This document shows positions 36,663 to 46,568 of a DNA stretch of 64,000 nt, piece after piece. Numbering within the stretch: the stretch's first letter is position 1; every line of letters starts with the position of its first letter. The stretch covers positions 1,390 through 65,389 of the forward strand of contig JAOUFY010000006.1 in assembly GCA_029857955.1 (NCBI GenBank), in the 5' to 3' direction. The DNA comes from Spirochaetia bacterium (GTDB lineage Bacteria > Spirochaetota > Leptospiria > Turneriellales > JAOUFE01). The notes beneath the pieces are model-generated. The model made no database searches. It was not told the DNA's origin and saw nothing but the letters and a program-made list of their open reading frames with translations. The position numbers and the translations under genes were made by a program.

Positions 36663-38796
36663 ATTTACATTCAGGATTTTGACATGTCATTATAATTCCG
36701 GTTTTTCGTACTTTTTGAGACATTAAAGAAGAACACATCGGACATGGGGTTTCAGAAGGAGGATCCATCATGATAAATTCACATCCTGATGAAGCATAGT
36801 TTTCACAGCCATAAAACTTTCGGCCTTTTTTAGATGCCTTCGATACCACATTACCTTTACAAAGAGGACAAATTCCAACGGGAATACTTTCACTATACCT
36901 GCAGCCTCCGGCAAAATGACTGCATCCGATAAAATAACCGTTTTTACCAAGTTTTTTCTGCAAAGGATTTCCGCATTTTGGGCAATCTCTGCCAATTGGA
37001 ATACGCGTTATATAACTCATGTCTTCGATATTTTCAGCGGCCTTGTTTAACACAAGTTCAAACGGCGTAAAAAAATCGCGAAGCATATGTTTCCATTCGG
37101 TATGTCCGTTAGCGACCTCATCGAGAGTTTCCTCAATTCCGGCAGTAAATTCAATATCTACAATATCCGGAAAATGTTTTTGCATGATGTCATTGACACA
37201 TTTACCGATCTGGGTTGGTTTTAACTGTTTTCCTTTTCGTTCAATATAATTTCTTTTATCAAGCGTACCAATCGTCGGAACATAGGTAGCCGGTCTGCCG
37301 ATACCAGATTCTTCCATAATACGAATCAATGAAGCTTCGTTAAAACGAGGCGGCGGCGATGTAAATTTTTGTTCCGTAAAAAGTTCGGCAAGCGAAACAG
37401 GATCATTTTCTTTAAAAGACGGTATATAACCTTTTTTGGTATCTCCCGTTGAAAAAACGGCCCTGAACCCGGGAAAAACCTGACGACTTTCTGAAAATCG
37501 GAATAAATATTCATTTTGCTCAGATGAAATCTCAAGTGTTGTTAATTCATCAATACCATTTGTCATTTGTGAGGCAATAAACCTGCTCCAGATCAATTCA
37601 TACAATTTAAATTGATCCTTTGTTAAAAAAGGCGCCAGCTTTTTAGGAGTATTGTTTACATCTGTCGGACGTATCGCTTCATGAGCATCCTGAGCAGTCT
37701 TACTCATTCCATACTCAATTGCTTTTTCAGGGAGATAACTCTCTTCAAAATTTTCTTTAATATAATTGCGCGCCATTTCAAGACCCGTCTGTGAAATACG
37801 AGTTGAGTCAGTACGCATATATGTAATTAAACCTGTTGCCCCAGTTTCAGGGATTTCAACGCCTTCGTACAAGGATTGAGCCACAGACATTGTTTTTTGC
37901 GCTCGAAAACCAAGGCGATTTGATGCATCCTGCTGAAGCCGGCTTGTAACATAGGGAGCCGAAGGTTTGGTTTTTCTCTCGCTGCTTTTACGGGTCGTTA
38001 CGAGAAACTTTAACGTTTGGCAATCTGTTTTAATTTTTTCGACAACAGCAGAGCTGCCGATTTCTGTCTTTTTACCGTTTATCTGCGCCAATTTAAATTT
38101 TACGTCTAAATCTTTTTCTTTGATTTTATCACTGGATTTTTCGCCGCTTGAAGAAGTCCATGAAGCATCTACTTCCCAGTATTCAACTGGAACAAAGGCC
38201 TCTATTTCTCTTTCACGATCTACAATAATTTTTAAAGCAGCTGACTGAACTCTACCTGCGGAAAATCTTCTGGAACTGAATTTTTCCTGTAAAATAGGAG
38301 AAATACTGTAGCCGACAAGACGATCGAGAAGTCTGCGCGCTTGCTGAGAATTAACTTTCAACAAATCAATGGCTCTAGGATGTGCAATTGCATCTAAAAC
38401 AGCCTGTTGTGTAATTTCATTAAACTCGATTCTTTGAATGTCATCATTCATCGGTGAAAGTGCATTTTGCAAGTGCCAGCTGATAGCCTCGCCTTCGCGA
38501 TCAGGGTCGGTTGCAAGTAAAATTTTAGTGCATGATTTTGCAGCTCTTTTTAGCTCAGCCAGGGTTTTGCCCTTGCCGCGTATGGTTATGTATTGTGGCG
38601 AAAAATCATGGGCAATGTCAATTCCCATACTGCTTTTTGGTAAATCAATTAAATGCCCTTTTGAAGATTCTATTCTATAATCAGAACCAAGAAACTTTGA
38701 CAGTGACTTTATTTTTGTAGGCGACTCGACAATGATCAAGGTCGCATTTTTATTTCTTTTTTTAACAGGCTTTTTATTTTTTTTTTCTTCAATCAT
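36637..38796 (-). CDS. topA: DNA topoisomerase I
   Basis: Toprim LIIVESPTKIKSL, active-site ITYMRTDSTRIS, and C-terminal Cys4 zinc ribbons (CPKCGNPL...C, CPLCKG...C, CPMCSS...C). Confidence 0.95.
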   Translation of the reverse strand: MIEEKKNKKPVKKRNKNATLIIVESPTKIKSLSKFLGSDYRIESSKGHLIDLPKSSMGIDIAHDFSPQYITIRGKGKTLAELKRAAKSCTKILLATDPDREGEAISWHLQNALSPMNDDIQRIEFNEITQQAVLDAIAHPRAIDLLKVNSQQARRLLDRLVGYSISPILQEKFSSRRFSAGRVQSAALKIIVDREREIEAFVPVEYWEVDASWTSSSGEKSSDKIKEKDLDVKFKLAQINGKKTEIGSSAVVEKIKTDCQTLKFLVTTRKSSERKTKPSAPYVTSRLQQDASNRLGFRAQKTMSVAQSLYEGVEIPETGATGLITYMRTDSTRISQTGLEMARNYIKENFEESYLPEKAIEYGMSKTAQDAHEAIRPTDVNNTPKKLAPFLTKDQFKLYELIWSRFIASQMTNGIDELTTLEISSEQNEYLFRFSESRQVFPGFRAVFSTGDTKKGYIPSFKENDPVSLAELFTEQKFTSPPPRFNEASLIRIMEESGIGRPATYVPTIGTLDKRNYIERKGKQLKPTQIGKCVNDIMQKHFPDIVDIEFTAGIEETLDEVANGHTEWKHMLRDFFTPFELVLNKAAENIEDMSYITRIPIGRDCPKCGNPLQKKLGKNGYFIGCSHFAGGCRYSESIPVGICPLCKGNVVSKASKKGRKFYGCENYASSGCEFIMMDPPSETPCPMCSSLMSQKVRKTGIIMTCQNPECKFVLEQKNE

Positions 38797-38893
38797 TTAT
38801 AATTCCATTTTTCGAAACTACCAGTTTTCAAAATAAGCCGGGGTTACGCACAAATTTTCAGACGATGAAGTCCGTGAAAATTTTAACTGATCG

Positions 38894-39919
38894 CTATAAA
38901 TCCATAACATTAAAATAAAGTTCAGAGTTTTTACGCTTTAAAACTGCTCTTTTCATTTCAGGTGAAGCTGCGATGGAAATAATTTTATCCTGAAAAATTA
39001 CGCTGCTGCTTACGGCTTTTGACGCCACAGCCTGTGCAATTCGCAAACCTTCGAATGAAACAGTGCTATACTCCACGACTCCAATACGCAGATCTAGCTC
39101 GGAAAAATTAAACTCTCCGGTAAAGTATTTTTTATAAAGCCTGATTAAATATCGTCTGGGAATATATCCGCTTATGCTTTTTTCAGTAATTTCAATATAA
39201 AAAAACATTCTTCGTTGTGCCTTCCAGCGACTTGATAATATTTGTTCAAAAACTTCATGATTGTTTGATTTAATAGCTACGGCAATTAAATCGTTACTGC
39301 GAGTTAAAATAAAAATAAATTTTATCGTAATGTATAATAGTATAAGAGCCCAAAAAAAGGCATTTAAATATTTAAAGTCTGCATTTTCCCAGATTTGTGT
39401 AATCGCGGTAGAAGGTTTTTGTACTTTATAGTTGTAAGTCCACAATACTATGCGATTAGTCTCATTTTGATGACAGATCAAACATGGCGGCGGGCTTTCT
39501 TCAAAATACTTAACTTCATTGTTTTTACCATAGATGTATTTACGCATATTTTTATTAACATCTATATTGTTTTCTGTTTTTACCTTTGAAATATCGTCTA
39601 CAAAAGAAAATGAAGTTACAATGCAGTTCTCGTTAAATTTTTTTTTTACAGTTTTTTGATGAAGAGATTCACATTTAAACAAGGGTTTCCAGACATAGGA
39701 TTCTGTACCGGCGAGTTTTATATTGATCAATTCCTGCCTGCGAACTTCCATAGCCTTCTCGTAAAGATCTTTGCTGGGATCTTTTTTTTCTTTTTGATAC
39801 ATGTAATATAAAGTTAGAATAACAACAAAGTATAAAAAAATAATTCCGCCAACTATATACGACGGCCATAAAAATGGATGGTAGAATTTATTGTGAATGA
39901 TACGGGAATTTCCCCACAT
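38894..39919 (-). CDS. Membrane protein of unknown function (two TM helices; possible degenerate nucleotide-cyclase/GGDEF-like C-terminal domain)
   Basis: TM1 is FLWPSYIVGGIIFLYFVVILTLYYMY and TM2 is FFWALILLYITIKFIFILT. The C-terminal ~140 aa (LIAVAI...FFYIEITEKSISGYIP...LRIGVVEYSTVSFEGLRIAQAVASKA) loosely follow GGDEF-domain secondary-structure order but lack GGDEF. It lies 8 nt downstream of the sigma gene. Confidence 0.4.
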   Translation of the reverse strand: MWGNSRIIHNKFYHPFLWPSYIVGGIIFLYFVVILTLYYMYQKEKKDPSKDLYEKAMEVRRQELINIKLAGTESYVWKPLFKCESLHQKTVKKKFNENCIVTSFSFVDDISKVKTENNIDVNKNMRKYIYGKNNEVKYFEESPPPCLICHQNETNRIVLWTYNYKVQKPSTAITQIWENADFKYLNAFFWALILLYITIKFIFILTRSNDLIAVAIKSNNHEVFEQILSSRWKAQRRMFFYIEITEKSISGYIPRRYLIRLYKKYFTGEFNFSELDLRIGVVEYSTVSFEGLRIAQAVASKAVSSSVIFQDKIISIAASPEMKRAVLKRKNSELYFNVMDL

Positions 39920-39927
39920 GATATTTA

Positions 39928-41004
39928 TTATCGGCCAGGAAGAAAGGCTTCCAGCTCTTTTTTATGCCCGTATTTTTGAAGTTTTAAAAGTGTCTTTTTT
40001 TCAATTTGTCTGACTCTTTCTTTTGATAAATTAAATTTTTTGCCAGCCTGAGTGAGCGATATTCGCTGTTTGCCATTTAATCCAAATCTATATTCAATGA
40101 TTGCTCTTTCTGAAACGGTAAGTTCAACAAGTATCAGGTTAATTGCATCATGCAAGGCCTTGTTCATTGCCTCTGTTTCTGGCGACTCATATTTATCGTC
40201 TTCAATCGTTGAAATCTGAGTATTGTCAGAGTCATTTCCAAGCGGTGCGTCAAGAGATACGTAATCAGCTGAAATTTGCTTTAACCACTTTACTTCTTCA
40301 ACCGGCAAATCAAGCCGTTCTGCAATTTGATCGAGGGTAGGCTCTACCCCCATATTGTTTTCAAGTTCTTTCTGAACTTTTTCAATTCGATGAAGATCAA
40401 TCGTTCGATTCATGGGAAGTCTGATGATAGAAACCTTCTGGTTTATAGCAAGGATGATGGCCTGTCGAATCCACCAAACCGCATAAGAAATAAAATGAAA
40501 ACCCATATCGGGATCAAAGCGTTCTGCGGCTTTTATAAGCCCCATGTTGCCTTCATTGATTAAATCAAGAAGGCTGATGCCATATTTTTGATATTTTTTA
40601 GCGACTTGAACGACAAAACGCAAATTTGCCGTAATGAGTTTATCTTTTGCCTTTTCGTCGCCTGCAATGGTTTGACGAGCGTACAAATCTTCTTCAGCTC
40701 TGGTTAATAAAGGAATTTTGTTGATTTCTTCAAGATACCACTGGATACTGGATTCCATGTGTGTATGTTTCTTGACATCCACCTCAAAAAATTCATCCAG
40801 TTTTTCTTCTCCAGAAGCAGAAGATGCATCTTCTGCCAAAACTTCAGCTAGATTATCAACCAATTCGGGAGGAACGTCGTCAGAAATTTCCTCACCGGGT
40901 ATAATGGTTTCTTCAACGGGCGATTTTATCGCTTCCGCTTTGATTTTAGTCTTACTTTTCACAGATTCTTCATTTTTCATTGATGTTAACCATAAAGCAG
41001 TCAA
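39928..41004 (-). CDS. RNA polymerase sigma factor, RpoD/sigma-70 family (short, group-2-like)
   Basis: IQWYLEEINKIPLLTRAEEDLYA (region 1.2/2.1), ANLRFVVQVAKKY, LINEGNMGLIKAAERFD, FISYAVWWIRQAI (region 2.3/2.4) and KERVRQIEKKTLLKL (region 4.2). At 358 aa it is shorter than typical primary sigma factors. Confidence 0.8.
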   Translation of the reverse strand: MTALWLTSMKNEESVKSKTKIKAEAIKSPVEETIIPGEEISDDVPPELVDNLAEVLAEDASSASGEEKLDEFFEVDVKKHTHMESSIQWYLEEINKIPLLTRAEEDLYARQTIAGDEKAKDKLITANLRFVVQVAKKYQKYGISLLDLINEGNMGLIKAAERFDPDMGFHFISYAVWWIRQAIILAINQKVSIIRLPMNRTIDLHRIEKVQKELENNMGVEPTLDQIAERLDLPVEEVKWLKQISADYVSLDAPLGNDSDNTQISTIEDDKYESPETEAMNKALHDAINLILVELTVSERAIIEYRFGLNGKQRISLTQAGKKFNLSKERVRQIEKKTLLKLQKYGHKKELEAFLPGR

Positions 41005-41296
41005 TTTTAAACGTAAAAGTAAAAAATATATACCTTTAGACTATTTATAACGACATTTGTTTTTACCTTCTTAAACTGTAAAGATTTTCTGTCACTATTT
41101 TTTATAATTGCACTTTAGCAAAAAGTAACCGCTACCCTTTATCGCTAAAAAACAGTTAAAATATACTTACATTTTTCATCTCCTGATGCGATAAAAATAC
41201 GATTATGCTGCGCGGGTCAATTTATGGCAAACGTAAAACCATGACAAACATGCGCAAACTAAAAATTATATTCTGCTAAATCTACACAATTAATAA

Positions 41297-42046
41297 TTAA
41301 ATAGTATTTTTTCTATGAACATCTATGACGTTTGAATACATCACAAATACAACAAGTAAAACAAAAAGAATTGCCGACGAGCCGATGGTTCCCAAATTTA
41401 AACCACCCTTATCAACAGGTTTTGTAAGAAAATCGCCAAAGGTCGCACCAAAAGGGCGGGTTAACACAAAGGCGATCCAGAAAAGGATAACGCGATTGAT
41501 GCGAGTAAGCCAATAGCCAAAGACAAGAAGACCCAGAATACCGCCAATCAATAAAGCTGAACCCAGAAAACCGAGACCGGAATCGTCTGCGATATAATCG
41601 CCCAATGCCGTACCCAGAGTATTTGAAATTAAAATGGCGCTCCAATAAAAAAGCTCTGCCCGTGTTGTTGAAATGTTGCTGACAGAAAGAGTTTTTTCGC
41701 TGATACGCCATACAATCAAAGAAACCAGCAGCGCTGAAAATAAAATCATGGAACCCTTTGCATAGCCAAGCCCCAGGGTACGATCCATAAAATCCGACAT
41801 CGTTGTGCCAACCGTACTGGTCAAAAGTATAACGATCCAATAGATCGAAGGATAAAATCTCAAACTTCGAAGCTGTATAATGAGTGTAAACAAAAAAAGG
41901 GTGATTAAAATGACAGAACTAACTGCATAACCGACGTTCATCGTCATCGATAAAAGATCGCCGGCTGTTTCACCCAGCGTGGTCGCGCATATTTTTATAA
42001 TCCAGAAAAAAACATTTACCGCTGCAATTTTATTAATTGATTTCAT
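41297..42046 (-). CDS. Polytopic membrane protein with four internal repeats (COG4705-like)
   Basis: There are four repeats, each a TM helix followed by a G-x-x-x-(G/S)-D motif: TLGETAGDLLS, TVGTTMSDFMD, TLGTALGDYIAD and PFGATFGDFLT. Confidence 0.5.
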   Translation of the reverse strand: MKSINKIAAVNVFFWIIKICATTLGETAGDLLSMTMNVGYAVSSVILITLFLFTLIIQLRSLRFYPSIYWIVILLTSTVGTTMSDFMDRTLGLGYAKGSMILFSALLVSLIVWRISEKTLSVSNISTTRAELFYWSAILISNTLGTALGDYIADDSGLGFLGSALLIGGILGLLVFGYWLTRINRVILFWIAFVLTRPFGATFGDFLTKPVDKGGLNLGTIGSSAILFVLLVVFVMYSNVIDVHRKNTI

Positions 42047-42093
42047 TTTGTTGACGGGTCAGTATTTTTATATAAAACCTGTTTTAAACTGTC

Positions 42094-42726
42094 TTATGCT
42101 GCCAATTTCTTAAAGCTGCAAAACAAAAAAGCCTGCACTTTATTTGATGGAGTGATGTGATTTTCTTCAAAACATCGAATCTTGTCAAACCCGGCTGAAA
42201 ACAATGTTGTCATTTTGGATTCATTGTATCTTGTGATCGGCAGTCCGCTGCACTTGTCTGGACCATTTTCGGAAAATGTACCTATGACAAAAATACTGTT
42301 TTCAGATAAATTTTCCTGAACCAGTTTGACATATGAATTAATTTCTACCTGGCGTGTTAAAAAATGAAAAACTGCCCGATCATGCCAGAAATCGTATTTT
42401 TTAACCGGTTTAAATTTTGTAATATCTGAAACAATCCAGGTAACGTTTTTCCCGGCTTCTCCGAGGCGTTTTTTAGCTCTTTCAATGGCCGCTTCGGATA
42501 TATCAAGAATCGTGATATTGGTATAGCCCATTTTTAAAGCATGATCTACAAATAATGAATCGCCTCCGCCGACATCAATGATTTCTGCGTTAAGTGGAAC
42601 ATGATTTATCGTTAAAAACTGAAGAGAAGTTTTTGGGTTTTCCTGAAACCAGCTCATTTCATTATTTGATTTTATGGTATAAATTTTTTCCCAATGTTTT
42701 TTTCGATCATCATTGCTATTTTCCAT
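42094..42726 (-). CDS. Class I SAM-dependent methyltransferase
   Basis: Motif I is IIDVGGGDSLFVDHAL, the post-I acidic segment is ILDISEAAIERAK, and motif II/III is DFWHDRAVFHFL. Confidence 0.75.
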   Translation of the reverse strand: MENSNDDRKKHWEKIYTIKSNNEMSWFQENPKTSLQFLTINHVPLNAEIIDVGGGDSLFVDHALKMGYTNITILDISEAAIERAKKRLGEAGKNVTWIVSDITKFKPVKKYDFWHDRAVFHFLTRQVEINSYVKLVQENLSENSIFVIGTFSENGPDKCSGLPITRYNESKMTTLFSAGFDKIRCFEENHITPSNKVQAFLFCSFKKLAA

Positions 42727-42797
42727 GATTGTCTCCTGTATTGTCGATTACAAAATTTTGACGATGTGTCGAGCATTTTTCAGCGAAAAAGAAATAA

Positions 42798-43679
42798 ATG
42801 CTTTGCAAATCAAAATGTAGTTTCAATTTTATCTCAAGGGAAAATAAAAATATGTTCCATTTATTATTCGGATTTATAAGTGTTGCTTTTTTATTGCGGT
42901 TGATACCTTTCATTTTTTTTCACCCCTCCAATGATCGCGACTGGTCCATTGATCAAATGATTTTGCCCTATGGCGAAATTAACGCTAACCTGGTTCATTT
43001 AAAAAATATTCGGAATTTTTCGTATATCACATCACACGAATACATTCCAGATTATTACGACAAAACTTTTAATTTAAATAAACTTCGAACGGTTGATTTT
43101 ATTGTAGAACCCTTTGATAGAACAGGATTAGCCGCCCATACTTTTTTAAGTTTTGGCTTTGATAACGATGAATTTGTAAGTATTTCGATAGAAATTCGCA
43201 AAAAAAAGGGCGACTCCTTTTCACCTTTAAGAGGATTGTTTCGTCAATATGAAATCATGTATGTAATTTCTGACGAAAGGGATGTTGTTAAACTTCGCGT
43301 CAAATATCGAAAAGATCCGGTGTACATTTATCCGGTAAAATTCATGGAACCCGAAAAACTTCGTCTTCTTTTTTTATCAATGATCAAACGCGCCAACGAA
43401 CTTCGAAAGACGCCGGAATTTTACAACACGCTCAACAACACCTGCATGACCAACATCGTTCGTCATTTTAATGAAGTTGCCGATAAAAAAGTTTTTTTTA
43501 GTTTTAAGATTTTACTTCCGGGTTTCTCTGATAAACTGGCCTATCAACTGGGATTAATCGATACAAATCTGCCGCTAAAAAAAATCAGAGAACATTTTTA
43601 CATTAATAACCGAGCCATGAAATATGCAGACTCGCCTGATTTTTCAAAATTAATCCGCCAGTATGATGAAAAACTATGA
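42798..43679 (+). CDS. DUF4105-like (Lnb N-terminal periplasmic domain-like) protein
   Basis: NDRDWSIDQMILPYGEINANLVHLKNIRNF and YEIMYVISDERDVVKLRVKYRKDPVYIYPV match my recollection of the DUF4105 family. The likely true start is the ATG at 42852 (MFHLLFGFISVAFLL). Confidence 0.5.
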   Translation: MLCKSKCSFNFISRENKNMFHLLFGFISVAFLLRLIPFIFFHPSNDRDWSIDQMILPYGEINANLVHLKNIRNFSYITSHEYIPDYYDKTFNLNKLRTVDFIVEPFDRTGLAAHTFLSFGFDNDEFVSISIEIRKKKGDSFSPLRGLFRQYEIMYVISDERDVVKLRVKYRKDPVYIYPVKFMEPEKLRLLFLSMIKRANELRKTPEFYNTLNNTCMTNIVRHFNEVADKKVFFSFKILLPGFSDKLAYQLGLIDTNLPLKKIREHFYINNRAMKYADSPDFSKLIRQYDEKL

Positions 43680-43688
43680 ACTAATACC

Positions 43689-43905
43689 GTGTCTGTTTGA
43701 TTTGTTCCGTTTGCGCGAAACAAATTCAAGCGGAAACGCTACTTGACAAGTCTGTTTAACCTGATTAATATCAAAAAAAGCACCAAATATACCACACAAA
43801 CCATTGTTTAATACTTAACAAATTTGCATGCTTTACAATATTTAAAATTAATGCGGAGCCACTTCAAATTTGAACATGAATTTGCCAATTAAACAGACAT
43901 AGTAC
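43689..43905. repeat. MITE-like repeat, family 2, long copy
   Basis: The left block 43698..43734 and right block 43853..43905 match 5268..5304 and 5300..5348. About 118 bp of extra sequence lies between them, containing a second GTCTGTTTAAC terminus-like motif at 43750..43760. Confidence 0.75.
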
Positions 43906-44108
43906 TAGATTTCTCATTGACAAAGTGTTTACTTTAGAAAAAATATTTTGTGAATAAAAATCTTTTTTTAAAACTCATTGTGGTCTGTGCATTGTGTTTT
44001 TCAATTGTTTACTCCGTTGTATTATTATTTCAATGGATTTCTTCTCATTAACAACCTAAACATCAAAATACCTGACAAAGGAAATCAGGTTAAAATATAA
44101 TTGTTCAT

Positions 44109-46568
44109 TTAATTTTCCTGAAAAACCTTAAACTTCCTCGACTTAAATCTGCCCTGGTTATCTATAACTCTTACTGTAAAATTACCTGGCGATGGGTTCC
44201 AGAAAAATTCTTCGCCTCTTTTGGATCTTCCAACATACTTTGTATCTACAAACCAGTATAAATCAGTTGCATCGGCATCACATACAGCCGAAAACGCAAT
44301 TGAATTTTCTTTATTGCCCGAGCGAATTACATAATTCAAGTTTTCTCTCGGCAAAACAATCTCAGGACTCTGACCGCTATTTCCATTAGAACATTCTATG
44401 TCATACGGGGGAGGAATTCTTCTGGGCACGCCCGCCAATTGAAATACTTTTAAAAGATCCGACGGCCAGAACTCGTAAATTTGACGATAAACTCCGGGTT
44501 GATCCGCTCGACAGGCTCTCATCCCTGTTTTAGCATTTATAAATATCTCTCGATAAACGGTGTCGGGTTGAATCGGCGATTTACCCGGAATAAAATATGC
44601 ATTTTTTACTGCAGGGCAGTGAGGCCCCGGCAAACCTCCTGAGGCGGCGCAGACCTTAATCAATTTTATATTTAAATTTTTATCGCTTTGAATGTCATGA
44701 AGGTTTGGTTTTATGGCGTTTAACGCCTCAATAATTCTAAAAAACAAAACGCCCGCTACATCTCGTCCAATAAATGCAGGATTCCCTTGACCGTTAAAAT
44801 TTCCAATCCATACAATTAAAACATAATTTGCAAAAATACCGGCTGCCCATGCATCTCTAAAACCAAACGATGTTCCCGTTTTCCAATAAACCGGCTGCCT
44901 TTGTTTTATAAAATCAAGATCAAGACCGCCTTCATCTATATAATTTTTTTCAAGCATCTTCAGGGTTATGTAGGCAGCTTCAGGGCTGATCAACTGTCTT
45001 TCTTCTTTTTCTAAATGATTTAAATTATTCGAAGTTTTATCAAAATTATTTTTTTCTGTAAATTTTATTTTTTTAATAACGCCTTGATTCGCCAACATAC
45101 AGTACAACGACGCCAGTTCCGTCATTGTAATTTCAGAACCTCCCAGAACAATCGACAAACCATAATGATTTCGACTCTCCATATTTTTTACGCCGGCTTT
45201 TTGAAGCAAGCTGTACAAATCAGGGTTATCAATTTTTGAAGCAAGGTATGCGGCCGGTATATTTCGGCTTCTGATCAATGCATCGCTTGCTGAAATTGGC
45301 CCCTTAAATGTTCCGTCATAATTTTCTGGAGAATAAGCCCCAAAACCCATCGGCGAATCTTTTAATACGGTTTCAGAATGTATGATTCCCTGATCGATTG
45401 CCAGCGCATAAACAAAAGGTTTGAGAGTTGATCCTGGCGATCGTTTTGCATTTGCCCCGTTAACCTGCCCGTGAATATCATCGTTAAAAAAATCCGATGA
45501 ACCTACCATGGCTTTTACTTCCATATTTTTATAATCAATTAAAATTGCAGCGCCGTTTTCAATTCCCCTGTTTTGATTTCTTTCAATATATTCTTTTAAT
45601 TTTCTGGAAATCATCATTTGTATATTCACATCAAGCGTCGTTGTTACCTGCCCGCTGTCTGAACCTTGCAATATAATTGAATTTATAAAATGCGGGGCAT
45701 AAAACGGTATGTCTTTACGTTTATAAATGGCAATTTGACTGCTGAACGAATCTTTGCTTTTTTTATCTTCCGGATGTTTTTTAATCCAGTATTGATATAG
45801 TTTTAATCGTGCCTGAACCAGGCTATCATTAACATCAATTGTATTTGTTTTTTTTTCCGAGATTATATTTGATCCTCTTAAATTAGAAACACTTTCCGGC
45901 GCATTTTTAACAGGGTTTTGAGGAACCACGCTCAATGTAAGCGCTTCAAGAGAGTTTAAGCGATCAGGCGTTTTTGCAAAATATATTAAACTTGCGGCCG
46001 CAAGTCCTTCGATGTTTTGACCATATGGAGCCATGCTTAAATAAGCGGCCAGTATTTCATCTTTATTGTAAAAAAATTCCAATTGAAGAGCTCTTAGCAT
46101 TTGAATGATTTTACCTGACAAATGATTTGTTTTTAAATGATATCTTAGACGCGCCAGTTGCATCGTGATGGTTGACCCTCCCATTTGTCTTGATTTATGA
46201 ATGTAGGTTTCATAAAATGCACGAAAAATGGAAAATGGATTTATACCAGGGTGGTAGTAAAAATATCGATCTTCATACAAAAGAGTTGCTTCAATTAAAG
46301 CTGGTGAAATTTTTTTTAAATCAACCCTTATTCGAAATTTTTCATCCGGAGTTGTCGTCATACGTAACAATTTTCCGTTTTCGTCATAATAGGCAGACGA
46401 CCAGTTTACCCCATTCCATAATGGCGGTCGCGGCACAACAACATATACAGCTAAAATAATGATTGAAAATTGAATTAGCGTAGTTTTAAGTTGAGTACTA
46501 TTGAGTAATTTCAAAAAAACGGCTTTTAGAAATTGCATTGATCGATCTATTGTACATGGATTCGGCAT
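44109..46568 (-). CDS. pbpC: Penicillin-binding protein 1C (bifunctional glycosyltransferase/transpeptidase)
   Basis: GT51 motifs EDRYFYYHPGINPFSIFRA and GGSTITMQLAR. Transpeptidase motifs SPGSTLKPFVY (SxxK), SRN and KTGTS. A C-terminal PBP1C-type beta domain is present. The start is uncertain: the ATGs at 46568 and 46538, or an in-frame TTG further down, all overlap the 3' end of the upstream A2M gene. Confidence 0.88.
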   Translation of the reverse strand: MPNPCTIDRSMQFLKAVFLKLLNSTQLKTTLIQFSIIILAVYVVVPRPPLWNGVNWSSAYYDENGKLLRMTTTPDEKFRIRVDLKKISPALIEATLLYEDRYFYYHPGINPFSIFRAFYETYIHKSRQMGGSTITMQLARLRYHLKTNHLSGKIIQMLRALQLEFFYNKDEILAAYLSMAPYGQNIEGLAAASLIYFAKTPDRLNSLEALTLSVVPQNPVKNAPESVSNLRGSNIISEKKTNTIDVNDSLVQARLKLYQYWIKKHPEDKKSKDSFSSQIAIYKRKDIPFYAPHFINSIILQGSDSGQVTTTLDVNIQMMISRKLKEYIERNQNRGIENGAAILIDYKNMEVKAMVGSSDFFNDDIHGQVNGANAKRSPGSTLKPFVYALAIDQGIIHSETVLKDSPMGFGAYSPENYDGTFKGPISASDALIRSRNIPAAYLASKIDNPDLYSLLQKAGVKNMESRNHYGLSIVLGGSEITMTELASLYCMLANQGVIKKIKFTEKNNFDKTSNNLNHLEKEERQLISPEAAYITLKMLEKNYIDEGGLDLDFIKQRQPVYWKTGTSFGFRDAWAAGIFANYVLIVWIGNFNGQGNPAFIGRDVAGVLFFRIIEALNAIKPNLHDIQSDKNLNIKLIKVCAASGGLPGPHCPAVKNAYFIPGKSPIQPDTVYREIFINAKTGMRACRADQPGVYRQIYEFWPSDLLKVFQLAGVPRRIPPPYDIECSNGNSGQSPEIVLPRENLNYVIRSGNKENSIAFSAVCDADATDLYWFVDTKYVGRSKRGEEFFWNPSPGNFTVRVIDNQGRFKSRKFKVFQEN

